Below are positions 27,234 through 35,154 of a stretch of DNA of 35,154 nt, in pieces. A program made the position numbers and the translations under genes. Every line of letters starts with the position of its first letter. Positions within the stretch are counted from its first letter, which is position 1. Under the pieces are notes generated by a model that was not told the origin of the DNA, did no database searches, and saw only the letters and a program-made list of their open reading frames with translations. The stretch spans positions 40,984 through 76,137 of the forward strand of contig JARVGK010000013.1 of NCBI GenBank assembly GCA_029762535.1, given 5' to 3'. The stretch comes from Thermoplasmatota archaeon (GTDB lineage: Archaea > Thermoplasmatota > Penumbrarchaeia > Penumbrarchaeales > Penumbrarchaeaceae).

Positions 27234-28559
27234 ATGACAGGGACTATTCTGGATATGCTGATCTTCATATTCGGTTACTTCAGTGACCGCCAGTATGTCG
27301 ATGAGAAGGTGATGTGTGACGGTCTTGAAATCAATAGAAGAACGTTATACCAGAGACTGGGTGAATTGCGTCGTAGGGGTTTATTGATCAAATGCAAGAG
27401 AGAGGGCATCTGCGGGAATTGTCTCACTGAAGCCGGGGTGGTGGAGTATGTTAAGATCATCGATCTTGTCAACAACCTGTACCTCAGGCCGGAGCTCCAC
27501 GGTGTACACAAGATGTTCAAGCTCGAAGCTGTTCTTCCCATTATCAAGAATCCAGAAACGGTAATTAAGGTTGTATGTATTGCGGTAAGGAAGAATTCGG
27601 TCGATGTTATCGATATGGTGAGAAAGGACATTCCTTCCGAGTTTTCTTCCAGGAATCTGGCGTTATTCAAGGAGTTGACGCATCAAGATAGCGAGATCTC
27701 ACCGTCTCTCGATAAATACATAAGAGCCCTTACCATGGTCGGAAGTAATCCCGTCAGAGGGATTGTCGATCCTTCCAGGGATTCGGTTTTTGCCATCGTG
27801 ATAGAGGCCGAACTTCTTCGGAGGCAGGGAAAGATCAGAGAATCATGCGACCTATACAGGAACGTCCTTGAGACGAGCGATATTTTTCCGGAATGTTGGA
27901 TATGCAGCGTCGTCGGTTTTATAAATTGCACGAAAGCCATGAACAGTCCAGAGGAGGCAATGGAGCTATGCGACACATTGCTTCGGGATCACGTTATCGC
28001 ACCCTCTTACAAAGCCTGCATTCTTAAAGCCAAGTCGGACATCTTATCGGACATTATGAGAAACGAAGAAGCACACTCGACCTATGAGACCGCCCTGAGG
28101 ATTGCCAGGGCTGAGAAATTACCGAGTCTTCAAGGTATGATCATGAACAACATAGGCGTGAACTATTTCAGGTGGAAGAGAATGGATGAGGCCAAGGATG
28201 CATGGAATTCCGCGCGCAGGCATTGCAAAGCCCACGATCTCTTATGGATCAAGACACTGTGCGAGATCAACCTGTCCGATGTGGAGAGCAAGAGTGGCAA
28301 CATTCTCAAGGTAAAGAAATACCTGAGATCCGCCCGTAAATTCATGATCAAGATCGGAGATCTGGAGGGTGTCTCGGAGGTTGACTTCAACCTTGCCTTG
28401 GCCAGTGTTACCGAGGGAAAGAAGGATCGGGCGCTTTACCATTTCCGAAAGTGCGAGGAGTTCCCGATGATGTACAAGACGAAGCAAGAGGAGAGGAGAA
28501 TGGTCATGAGAGAGAGGTTCGATGAGAAGGGGTGGGAGTTGAACTTACCATTTGCTTAA
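27234..28559 (+). CDS. Winged-helix + tetratricopeptide-repeat protein, putative regulator
   Basis: N-terminal HTH (LEINRRTLYQRLGELRRRGLL...LTEAG). The C-terminal half has about six TPR-like units, e.g. NNIGVNYFR...DEA and FNLALA....G....A..HF. Confidence 0.85.
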   Translation: MTGTILDMLIFIFGYFSDRQYVDEKVMCDGLEINRRTLYQRLGELRRRGLLIKCKREGICGNCLTEAGVVEYVKIIDLVNNLYLRPELHGVHKMFKLEAVLPIIKNPETVIKVVCIAVRKNSVDVIDMVRKDIPSEFSSRNLALFKELTHQDSEISPSLDKYIRALTMVGSNPVRGIVDPSRDSVFAIVIEAELLRRQGKIRESCDLYRNVLETSDIFPECWICSVVGFINCTKAMNSPEEAMELCDTLLRDHVIAPSYKACILKAKSDILSDIMRNEEAHSTYETALRIARAEKLPSLQGMIMNNIGVNYFRWKRMDEAKDAWNSARRHCKAHDLLWIKTLCEINLSDVESKSGNILKVKKYLRSARKFMIKIGDLEGVSEVDFNLALASVTEGKKDRALYHFRKCEEFPMMYKTKQEERRMVMRERFDEKGWELNLPFA

Positions 28560-28630
28560 ATACTGCCCCTGCCTCCAAATCGAAAAAATGCGAAATTATT
28601 ATATCCCTGAACCAGATAATTAGGTTACTG

Positions 28631-29050
28631 ATGTTGTCGAACAAAAACGGCTTCCTCGGCTCCTTTCTCCTACTCTCGTCCCTCATGGCCTTCCTGATCA
28701 TAATTCAGGACGAGGCGAATGCCACTTCCGATCCTGACGTCAAGTGCCTGATCATAGTCTCGGGCTCAGGTGGTTATTCTCCCCATGAGCTGGGTAAGGC
28801 TTCATCCTTTTACAGTTACATGGAAGAACGCTCCTCTCCTGATGATATCGTATATCTTACGGACCTTTCTCAAGCAGGATCCGACGGTAACGCAAACGTT
28901 GCAAACATCCAAAATGCTTTCTTATGGCTATCCCGAATCTCAACTTCGGAGACAGAGGTCACGGTCTATATCTCCGACCATGCTCAGATTTTGAAGAAGG
29001 TTGAATGGCTTCAAGGATTAGAACAAATACCGTTATTGTATCAGGTATGA
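28631..29050 (+). pseudogene. Secreted caspase/legumain-fold (clan CD)-like protein, apparently truncated just after the His motif
   Basis: Signal peptide, then CLIIVSG, IVYLTD, NANVANIQNAFLWL and EVTVYISDH. The ORF ends ~22 codons later with no Cys motif, where G+C falls from 30/60 (28921-28980) to 17/60 (29041-29100). Confidence 0.55.
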
Positions 29051-29093
29051 TAACATAATAAGTAGAAAAAGAGTAAAATGGAGGTTGGAAAAA

Positions 29094-30275
29094 ATGATGA
29101 AGAAAAATTTGATAATGGCGTTGGCCATCATATGGGCTTTATTATTTGTAATACCAAATGTAAATGCAGTAAATAGCTTTGGTACTACCTGCCCAACAAA
29201 TAAAGATGGGTATAAAACAATGAGATCTGGTATTAATAAATATAATGATGCATTAAATGATTATTATAATGATTATGGCCAACAACATTTAAAGGATACA
29301 AATGGTAAAGATGCAGCAGATCTGATAGCATATATTCAGAAATATCAGTTTCAGAATTTAGCCATTATTACTCACGGTTATACTGCCTCATCAAGGGAAG
29401 GGAAGGAAATAGATATGGGAGATGGAACAACTAATGAAATTTTAGATGTTGTTCAATTAACAGGGTCTCAAGGTATACAAAGAGCGGGAAAAACTGGCTA
29501 TCAGTATTCAGCGTTACCTTTTGGGGCAATTAATATATTAGCATGTGAATCAGGAAAAACTACAAACACACCAAATTGGTTAACCACTTTCCAAACTTCT
29601 TTAGGTGCATGGATTGTAATAACTACTCCAAATATAGAATGGGCTTCGCAACATAAAAATTTTATTGAAACCTTTGCAGATAAAATTACCGATGGGAAGA
29701 AATCTTACAAAACAGCCATTGAAGATGGTGTAAAAAATGCAGCATTAAGAAGCATTTTTAGATCTTATACTATCCGTTATTATTATCGAACTGGATTAGA
29801 TCATGATACAAGGCTAGATAAATATAGATACATTGATCGCCATGAAGGTGGGGAAACATGTTGGTTGAATGAAGGAAGTAGTGTTGAATGGTCTTTTACG
29901 AGGTCCTATTCGAAAAATTCAAATGGGGGATACATAGTATTTCATGGAATAATTGACAATGATGAAGATTCATTAACTAAAGATGCAAATGTTAAAATAA
30001 GATATTTCGTAAAGGAAAATGGAATTTTTAATGAAAAAACCCCTCAAACGACAGCAACTACATTTAATGATATAAAAAATCGTGAGCACAGATTGTTTCA
30101 AAAATCTTATTATGGGGGTACGGATATTTGCTCATATTACCTGACTGCTTCGTTTATGAAAAGCACTGTTGGATCAAAAGAATTTAAAATACGAATAGAT
30201 AATATTAACGACAATGATGGAGTGACAGATAATATATATATTGATAGATTCGAATTTATGGAAATCGGCAATTAG
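29094..30275 (+). CDS. Secreted protein with a putative clan CD His/Cys dyad and a C-terminal beta-rich domain
   Basis: SD GGAGGT lies 8 nt before ATG 29094. Signal peptide, then LAIITHG ... INILACESG. Confidence 0.7.
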   Translation: MMKKNLIMALAIIWALLFVIPNVNAVNSFGTTCPTNKDGYKTMRSGINKYNDALNDYYNDYGQQHLKDTNGKDAADLIAYIQKYQFQNLAIITHGYTASSREGKEIDMGDGTTNEILDVVQLTGSQGIQRAGKTGYQYSALPFGAINILACESGKTTNTPNWLTTFQTSLGAWIVITTPNIEWASQHKNFIETFADKITDGKKSYKTAIEDGVKNAALRSIFRSYTIRYYYRTGLDHDTRLDKYRYIDRHEGGETCWLNEGSSVEWSFTRSYSKNSNGGYIVFHGIIDNDEDSLTKDANVKIRYFVKENGIFNEKTPQTTATTFNDIKNREHRLFQKSYYGGTDICSYYLTASFMKSTVGSKEFKIRIDNINDNDGVTDNIYIDRFEFMEIGN

Positions 30276-30286
30276 GAGGACATAAT

Positions 30287-31246
30287 ATGGATAAAAAACT
30301 ACTAATAAATGGGATATTGGCAACAGCAATTTCCATAATAGTATTAACTACTATTATTTATATAAATAAAAATAACAACGATAATAGTTATAGTGTATTA
30401 GGCCAAACAATTAAAAGAATAGAAGATAATCCTGATAACTATTCAGGTCTTCAATTACCTACCGGTAATGATGCTTTAGCAAGTGCGAATAGTCAAATAA
30501 ATAATATGACATATGGTAATATTTTACCGATAAACAGTCAAGATGAAGATTATCAAGCAAAATTTTATCATGATTATTCTTTTGGAGATATCCAATATTG
30601 GGAAATAGTGGATTCAACATCAACAGTTTATATATTGGCTGATACAGCAGAAATTATCTATTATTCCCAAAATGGTATGGTCCAGGGAAGTTTAACTGAA
30701 CAACAGATTCTCTATCAAGCTGATCTAATAGTCAGGCAATTTGCTACTTTACCTGGAGATTTAGACTTAGTACCTTATGTTGATTGGAGAGAAAATGTAA
30801 TAACATCTGTTGGGATTAACGATGACACACAACAACAAACAATCAATTCTGATCTATCTTTTTGGATTGTTTGTTACAATAGAACGAAGAATAATATTAA
30901 ATCAGAAGATCATATTCAGGTCTTATTGTTGCCCAATGGAGATTGTTCCTTATATAGGAAGATATGTAATATGGATTTAAAGTCCGTTAATACCAACTAT
31001 GCAATAACTAAGCAACAAGCTGAAAATAGTGCATGTAATTTTATTGGAGATAATCCAACTGTAATAAATTGTTATAAAAAAATAAGCCGACCAAATGACT
31101 TTTATGGGGATGAGGGAATACAATATGGAACTTTACCAAAAAGTGTCTGGGAAGTAGTAGTTTCAAATTCCGATGGAACCTATATTGTAGATGTTGATAA
31201 GGATAATATGAATTTAATATTGGGTGGTGACTATCTACAAGAATAA
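30287..31246 (+). CDS. N-terminally anchored extracellular protein with PepSY/YcdB-YcdC-like repeats
   Basis: SD AGGAGG and an N-terminal TM helix. Motifs VYILADTAEIIYY, LTEQQIL..A, DHIQVLL.PNG, ITKQQAENSA and VWEV...IVDVD. Confidence 0.65.
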   Translation: MDKKLLINGILATAISIIVLTTIIYINKNNNDNSYSVLGQTIKRIEDNPDNYSGLQLPTGNDALASANSQINNMTYGNILPINSQDEDYQAKFYHDYSFGDIQYWEIVDSTSTVYILADTAEIIYYSQNGMVQGSLTEQQILYQADLIVRQFATLPGDLDLVPYVDWRENVITSVGINDDTQQQTINSDLSFWIVCYNRTKNNIKSEDHIQVLLLPNGDCSLYRKICNMDLKSVNTNYAITKQQAENSACNFIGDNPTVINCYKKISRPNDFYGDEGIQYGTLPKSVWEVVVSNSDGTYIVDVDKDNMNLILGGDYLQE

Positions 31247-31529
31247 TATAAATGTAATCTTAGTTGAGGAAACCAAAAACATGTGTCACTCTTTTGCGTT
31301 AGGATCAAGGTAAGATAATTCCAAATCTAAAAGGTAACGACATATAATAGTATCCAAGAGAGAGATTTCCTTTGAAAGAGAGCAGACCGAACCTATTTCC
31401 GAACAAGGCTTCCGAGAAGGAAAGGAAGGTGATCATACAGGTGAAGGACGCATCCGGTTTCGGACCGGATGGAATCCCATCCATCGAGGATAAGATAACC
31501 ATATATATTAGAAATTACATTACTTCATT

Positions 31530-32435
31530 ATGTTGAAACTAAATAAAAAGATTATGGCTGCCACAATTCTTTTGTTCAGTTTGATTCTTGCATTATCGTT
31601 GTCAAATCATGGAATTGGTGATAGCGAAATAGATACTGATCAAGTATCATTTATTATTGGAGGTGAAAAAGGTAATATCATAACAGATCATTTTTATGTT
31701 AATGAATTAAATTCGTTAGGTTTGTTAATCCATTTCGCTAATGATTGCATTTTTTATCGTATAAAAATCGAGGGGCCCAATATATTTCATTTTAATGAGG
31801 ACAGTTCTTATGAAAATATTTCAAAAGGTACAAGTTGTATTAAAATATTATTTATAGATTATAAAAACACCTCTATTAAAAATGATTTTTTAATATATCT
31901 AAATTATACCTTAAACAATAATATTAATATAACAAAAACATTTAATTTAGTATTATTTATTTATGATTCATTTTATATCGAAGAAATTACTTATCCTTCA
32001 GAAAATAATCCAATCTTCAGTTTAGATGTTAAATTCAATATAAGTTTTGATGAAGTAATGGTATTATTTGGATCTGATGGAAACATAAGAATTAAAAATG
32101 AATTAATTAAGTTAAATAATGTATCCATTGGTAATTATACTTTCTCCACAGAAATATTCATAGATACAAATCATTCTAATAATGATAATCAAGAATTATC
32201 ATATGATATCATTAGTCGAATTGGGAATCGTTCAATTCAAATCTTGAAATATAATATTCCTATAAAGTATTCATATTATGATAATAATAAAAATACAGAC
32301 AATGATCATGGTGATAATAATTATATCATTTATCTAATATTATTACTTATTCTTATATTATCAATAGTCATAGTTTTATTTGTTTATAAAAGAAGAAAAA
32401 TAATAAAACCTTTTTTTATCTATAAAGAAAGATGA
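31530..32435 (+). CDS. Hypothetical secreted, C-terminally anchored Asn/Ile-rich protein
   Basis: 301-aa ORF in very AT-rich DNA with a signal peptide, a beta-strand-like body and a C-terminal TM helix followed by KRRK. Confidence 0.8.
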   Translation: MLKLNKKIMAATILLFSLILALSLSNHGIGDSEIDTDQVSFIIGGEKGNIITDHFYVNELNSLGLLIHFANDCIFYRIKIEGPNIFHFNEDSSYENISKGTSCIKILFIDYKNTSIKNDFLIYLNYTLNNNINITKTFNLVLFIYDSFYIEEITYPSENNPIFSLDVKFNISFDEVMVLFGSDGNIRIKNELIKLNNVSIGNYTFSTEIFIDTNHSNNDNQELSYDIISRIGNRSIQILKYNIPIKYSYYDNNKNTDNDHGDNNYIIYLILLLILILSIVIVLFVYKRRKIIKPFFIYKER

Positions 32436-32547
32436 ATTAATTGAGGTTGACCGACTTTTTTCAAGTCAAGAATATGAAAGATAAAATACCATCGAAATGA
32501 CATGGATAAATCGTATAATAGGAATTAAGGAAGGTTGTACAATATCT

Positions 32548-32618
32548 TATTATCATGATAATACATAAAGGACCTCAAAGGGGTATGGTATGAAATTCTG
32601 ACTGGAGTGCACTCCAGT
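32548..32618. promoter_or_regulatory. Two perfect palindromes (16 bp and 18 bp), candidate operators
   Basis: TATTATCATGATAATA (32548-32563) and ACTGGAGTGCACTCCAGT (32601-32618) are each their own reverse complement. Confidence 0.5.
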
Positions 32619-32752
32619 GCGTGATAACATACTTAACCCCGATCATATTAGAAGTTAATGTCAACGGCGACTGAAAAATCCATTCGAAAGTTATGAGCAT
32701 GTAGTGATAAACTATTTATTCAACCTGATGGTTATGGTCTTAGGGTGAATAA

Positions 32753-35154
32753 ATGAAATCGGCACCGAAATTGGGTGTGACCTTATGTATGGTAATATTA
32801 GTCCCTATAATGTTTTCATTTTTGGCTCTGGGTGATGAAGAGAGAAATGTCAATTTTCTTCATAGATTCCATTCAAAGACGATAATTGTTGATGCTACTG
32901 GTTCGGGAGATTATATATCTTTGATAGACGCAGTTAAGAATGCAGATTCAGGAGATGTTATTAGGGTTTATGACGGTTTTTATGAAGGTGAGATTAAAAT
33001 AGGAAGTTCTATATCAATTATAGGAAATGGTAGTCAAACAATCATTGGCGGAAAGTACGGTTATTTCGAAATAAGGTCTGATAATGTGACGATTAGCAAT
33101 CTCACAATAACGGATCATATCGATGAAAAAGTAAGGGTATGTTGGGGAGAACATGTAAAACTCGATACTTTAATTATCCAATCTGGCAAACTGGGGATCT
33201 CTTTGCATGAGAATTGTAATGTGCTGATAAGTAACTGTACATTCTCGAATATAAGTAACAATCATATAAGCTACTACAAAAGTAAAGAGGTCAATTTGCT
33301 GAACAATACATTCATCGATGGACCAAAGGTGAGTATGAATATCTCAGGAAGAAAGATAGTACTTAATGGAAATAAATTTATAAATAATTCTCTCGGTTTT
33401 GACTTTAACTCCATTGAAGATTTCGATTCGATACATATCGATGAAACCAATAGAAGAAATAACAACCCTCTTGTCTTTTTAAAAAGAGAAGAGAACAGAA
33501 TTATAAATTGTGAAAATAACACTCAATATTTTTTCATCAATTGTAATAATATCACATTTCGAAGCGGGAAGATAAAGAATGTTCATAATCCATTATTGAT
33601 CTATAATTCATCTTTCTTATCTTTAAGTCAATTGGATATAGAGAATTCTTCTGATATTTTTTGTTCGAAGTCCAACAATATTTATTTCGATAATATGAAA
33701 TTTTATAAATCTGGAATGCTGATCAACAAAACTTATGGAATGTGGGTGAACAATAGTATTGTAAATATCAATGGATTTATGATTGAGGATTCAGGATATA
33801 TTTCCATAATGAAATCCCACTTCTTAAATATTACTATTTCCAATTACTTCAATTATGTTTCTCTATCTGCATTATATACATTATCTAGTAATAATATATC
33901 TATTCAGGATAATAAATTTAGGGATAATATTCAATCTATTCGAAAGGGAGATAATGCTCAATCTAATGGAATAATAATCAATAATAATACTTTTGAAAAC
34001 TGCAATGTATCAGTTGCCCTGGATCGAGTTAAAGAAACTATCATCTCTAACAATATGATAATAAGTAGTGAATACGGATTAGAATATTATGATTGCGAAG
34101 AATCATCCATATTTAACAATATATTTAATCAACAAGGGAACAAATTCTATTCAGTAACGATATCAATGTCAGATAAAATTAAGATTTATAATAATACAAT
34201 CAGAACTTCTATGATTGGTTTAAAGATAACTGGATCAAATCAATGCGATGTATATAACAATACACTATCCAACAACGTTCATGGATTGAATATCTTTTAT
34301 TCAAAGGAAGGTAATATTTACAATAATAAAATTATTAATAATAATTACGGAGCAGAATTAGTTAATTCAAATGACATTAAGATATGGAAGAATATTTTTA
34401 TCGATAATTTAAACCAAGCAAGCGACAATACAAATGCGAACAAATGGTATAACTCTTATCCTATTGGAGGTAATTATTGGTCAGATTATCATGGAGAAGA
34501 TAAGAAAAAAGGTGTGCACCAGAGTGAAAGTGGCTCAGATGGTTTCGGAGATCTTCCAAAGTCGTTAATATCAACATCCGATCGTTATCCGATATTCATC
34601 GATACAATAAAACCTACAGCGAATGCAAAAGGAGATAAAATTGTTGATGAAGGATCAGTTATACATTTTCAATCAGCATCAACAGATGATCAAATGGTCA
34701 TGGAAACAATTTGGAAATTTGTTTACGACGGAGTAAATATAATTATTTCCTACCCAGAATTTGATTTTATTTTTCACATCCCCGGAACATATAAGATTTT
34801 ATTAACAGTGTTTGATTTTGCTGGAAACAATGACACAGATGATATTATAATTACGGTAAAAGACATTAACGTTCCTATTTCAAAATCACAAGGGAACATT
34901 ATAAAAAATCAAGGATCGATCCTTTACTTCAACGGATCGCTCTCCTATGACACCGGTGGGATCGCCATGTATGAATGGTTGTTCGATTACTACGGCACAT
35001 CCCATGTACTCGAAGGCGTCAACGTCTCATTCTTCTTCGATAGACCGGGGAGGATCCCCGTGACTCTCAGGGTCACCGATAATGCAGGTCACGTTGGAGA
35101 GAGCATTTTCAACGTGACCATCGTGGATCTGACCGATCCGATCGCAGATGCTGG
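32753..35154 (+). CDS. Secreted right-handed beta-helix (NosD/pectin-lyase-like) + PKD-domain surface protein; 3'-truncated by the window and absent from the ORF track
   Basis: Hand translation from ATG 32753 (after GGGTGA) has no stop to the window end. It gives a signal peptide, IIVDATGSGDY...GDVIRVYDGFY, many I.NN repeats, GGNYWSDY...DGFGD.P...DRYP and then PKD units (PGTYKILLTVFDFAGN; PGRIPVTLRVTDNAG). Confidence 0.93.
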   Translation, partial: MKSAPKLGVTLCMVILVPIMFSFLALGDEERNVNFLHRFHSKTIIVDATGSGDYISLIDAVKNADSGDVIRVYDGFYEGEIKIGSSISIIGNGSQTIIGGKYGYFEIRSDNVTISNLTITDHIDEKVRVCWGEHVKLDTLIIQSGKLGISLHENCNVLISNCTFSNISNNHISYYKSKEVNLLNNTFIDGPKVSMNISGRKIVLNGNKFINNSLGFDFNSIEDFDSIHIDETNRRNNNPLVFLKREENRIINCENNTQYFFINCNNITFRSGKIKNVHNPLLIYNSSFLSLSQLDIENSSDIFCSKSNNIYFDNMKFYKSGMLINKTYGMWVNNSIVNINGFMIEDSGYISIMKSHFLNITISNYFNYVSLSALYTLSSNNISIQDNKFRDNIQSIRKGDNAQSNGIIINNNTFENCNVSVALDRVKETIISNNMIISSEYGLEYYDCEESSIFNNIFNQQGNKFYSVTISMSDKIKIYNNTIRTSMIGLKITGSNQCDVYNNTLSNNVHGLNIFYSKEGNIYNNKIINNNYGAELVNSNDIKIWKNIFIDNLNQASDNTNANKWYNSYPIGGNYWSDYHGEDKKKGVHQSESGSDGFGDLPKSLISTSDRYPIFIDTIKPTANAKGDKIVDEGSVIHFQSASTDDQMVMETIWKFVYDGVNIIISYPEFDFIFHIPGTYKILLTVFDFAGNNDTDDIIITVKDINVPISKSQGNIIKNQGSILYFNGSLSYDTGGIAMYEWLFDYYGTSHVLEGVNVSFFFDRPGRIPVTLRVTDNAGHVGESIFNVTIVDLTDPIADA

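Larger units (their letters stand above)
28990..34910. other. AT-rich foreign-composition block (island or cassette) with no visible integrase or transposase
   Basis: G+C counts per 60 nt inside: 17 (29041), 9 (31861), 17 (34801), 18 (34861). Outside: 30 (28921), 30 (34921), 35 (35041). Boundaries are approximate. Confidence 0.8.

Noticed and set aside
26949-27286. Short ORFs 26949-27158 (-) and 26963-27286 (+) as signal-peptide genes for the TPR regulator
   Set aside because: They have no signal peptide or recognisable motif. The region looks like promoter DNA, with two TATTATAA elements.
28981-29093. Frameshift or stop read-through joining the 28631 ORF to the 29094 ORF
   Set aside because: The alternative frames contain immediate stops, TGA is followed by an in-frame TAA, and the downstream gene has its own SD and signal peptide.
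31247-32752. Integron attC sites between the AT-rich genes (GCGTTAGGA near 31296, ACTTAAC at 32631)
   Set aside because: I found no properly paired and spaced RYYYAAC/GTTRRRY boxes with an intervening hairpin, and no integrase.
33274-33522. 82-aa minus-strand ORF
   Set aside because: It is antisense to the long plus-strand beta-helix/PKD ORF that starts at 32753.
29011-34916. TCAAGGAT near both ends of the AT-rich block (29011-29018 and 34909-34916) as a target-site duplication
   Set aside because: It is only 8 bp, the boundaries are imprecise, and the sequences on the two sides belong to different genes, so removing the block would not restore one gene. Chance cannot be excluded.

Overview
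Archaeal chromosomal segment, most plausibly Thermoplasmatota (inferred from a tRNA-Ile without encoded CCA, BRE/TATA-like promoters, a short archaeal-type TIM, a long-type FKBP and Ig/TSP3/PKD surface proteins). Positions ~720-26900 are GC-rich core genome: tRNA-Ile(GAT), a membrane-anchored S8 protease, an Fe-ADH, a DUF5591/ArcS-like protein, a site-2 protease, an FKBP with an (HD)7 tail, a 2206-aa VWA/Ig/TSP3 adhesin, serS, nadA, a UbiA prenyltransferase, a Soj/ParA plus coupled partner, a fbp-fba-tpiA-purF run and a stand-alone B3/4 protein. From 27234 there is an accessory region: a wHTH-TPR regulator, an apparently truncated secreted caspase-fold gene, and a very AT-rich ~5.9 kb block (~28990-34910). 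That block encodes a secreted His/Cys-dyad protein, a PepSY-like partner, a membrane protein and the N-terminal part of a beta-helix/PKD surface protein that is missing from the ORF track and runs off the window. The best candidates for undescribed systems are (1) a bacterial-like Soj coupled to a protein carrying the ParB N-terminal activation peptide but no ParB CTPase or HTH domain, and (2) the AT-rich cassette whose two borders both fall inside genes. All domain calls are by eye from motifs; no database searches were run.
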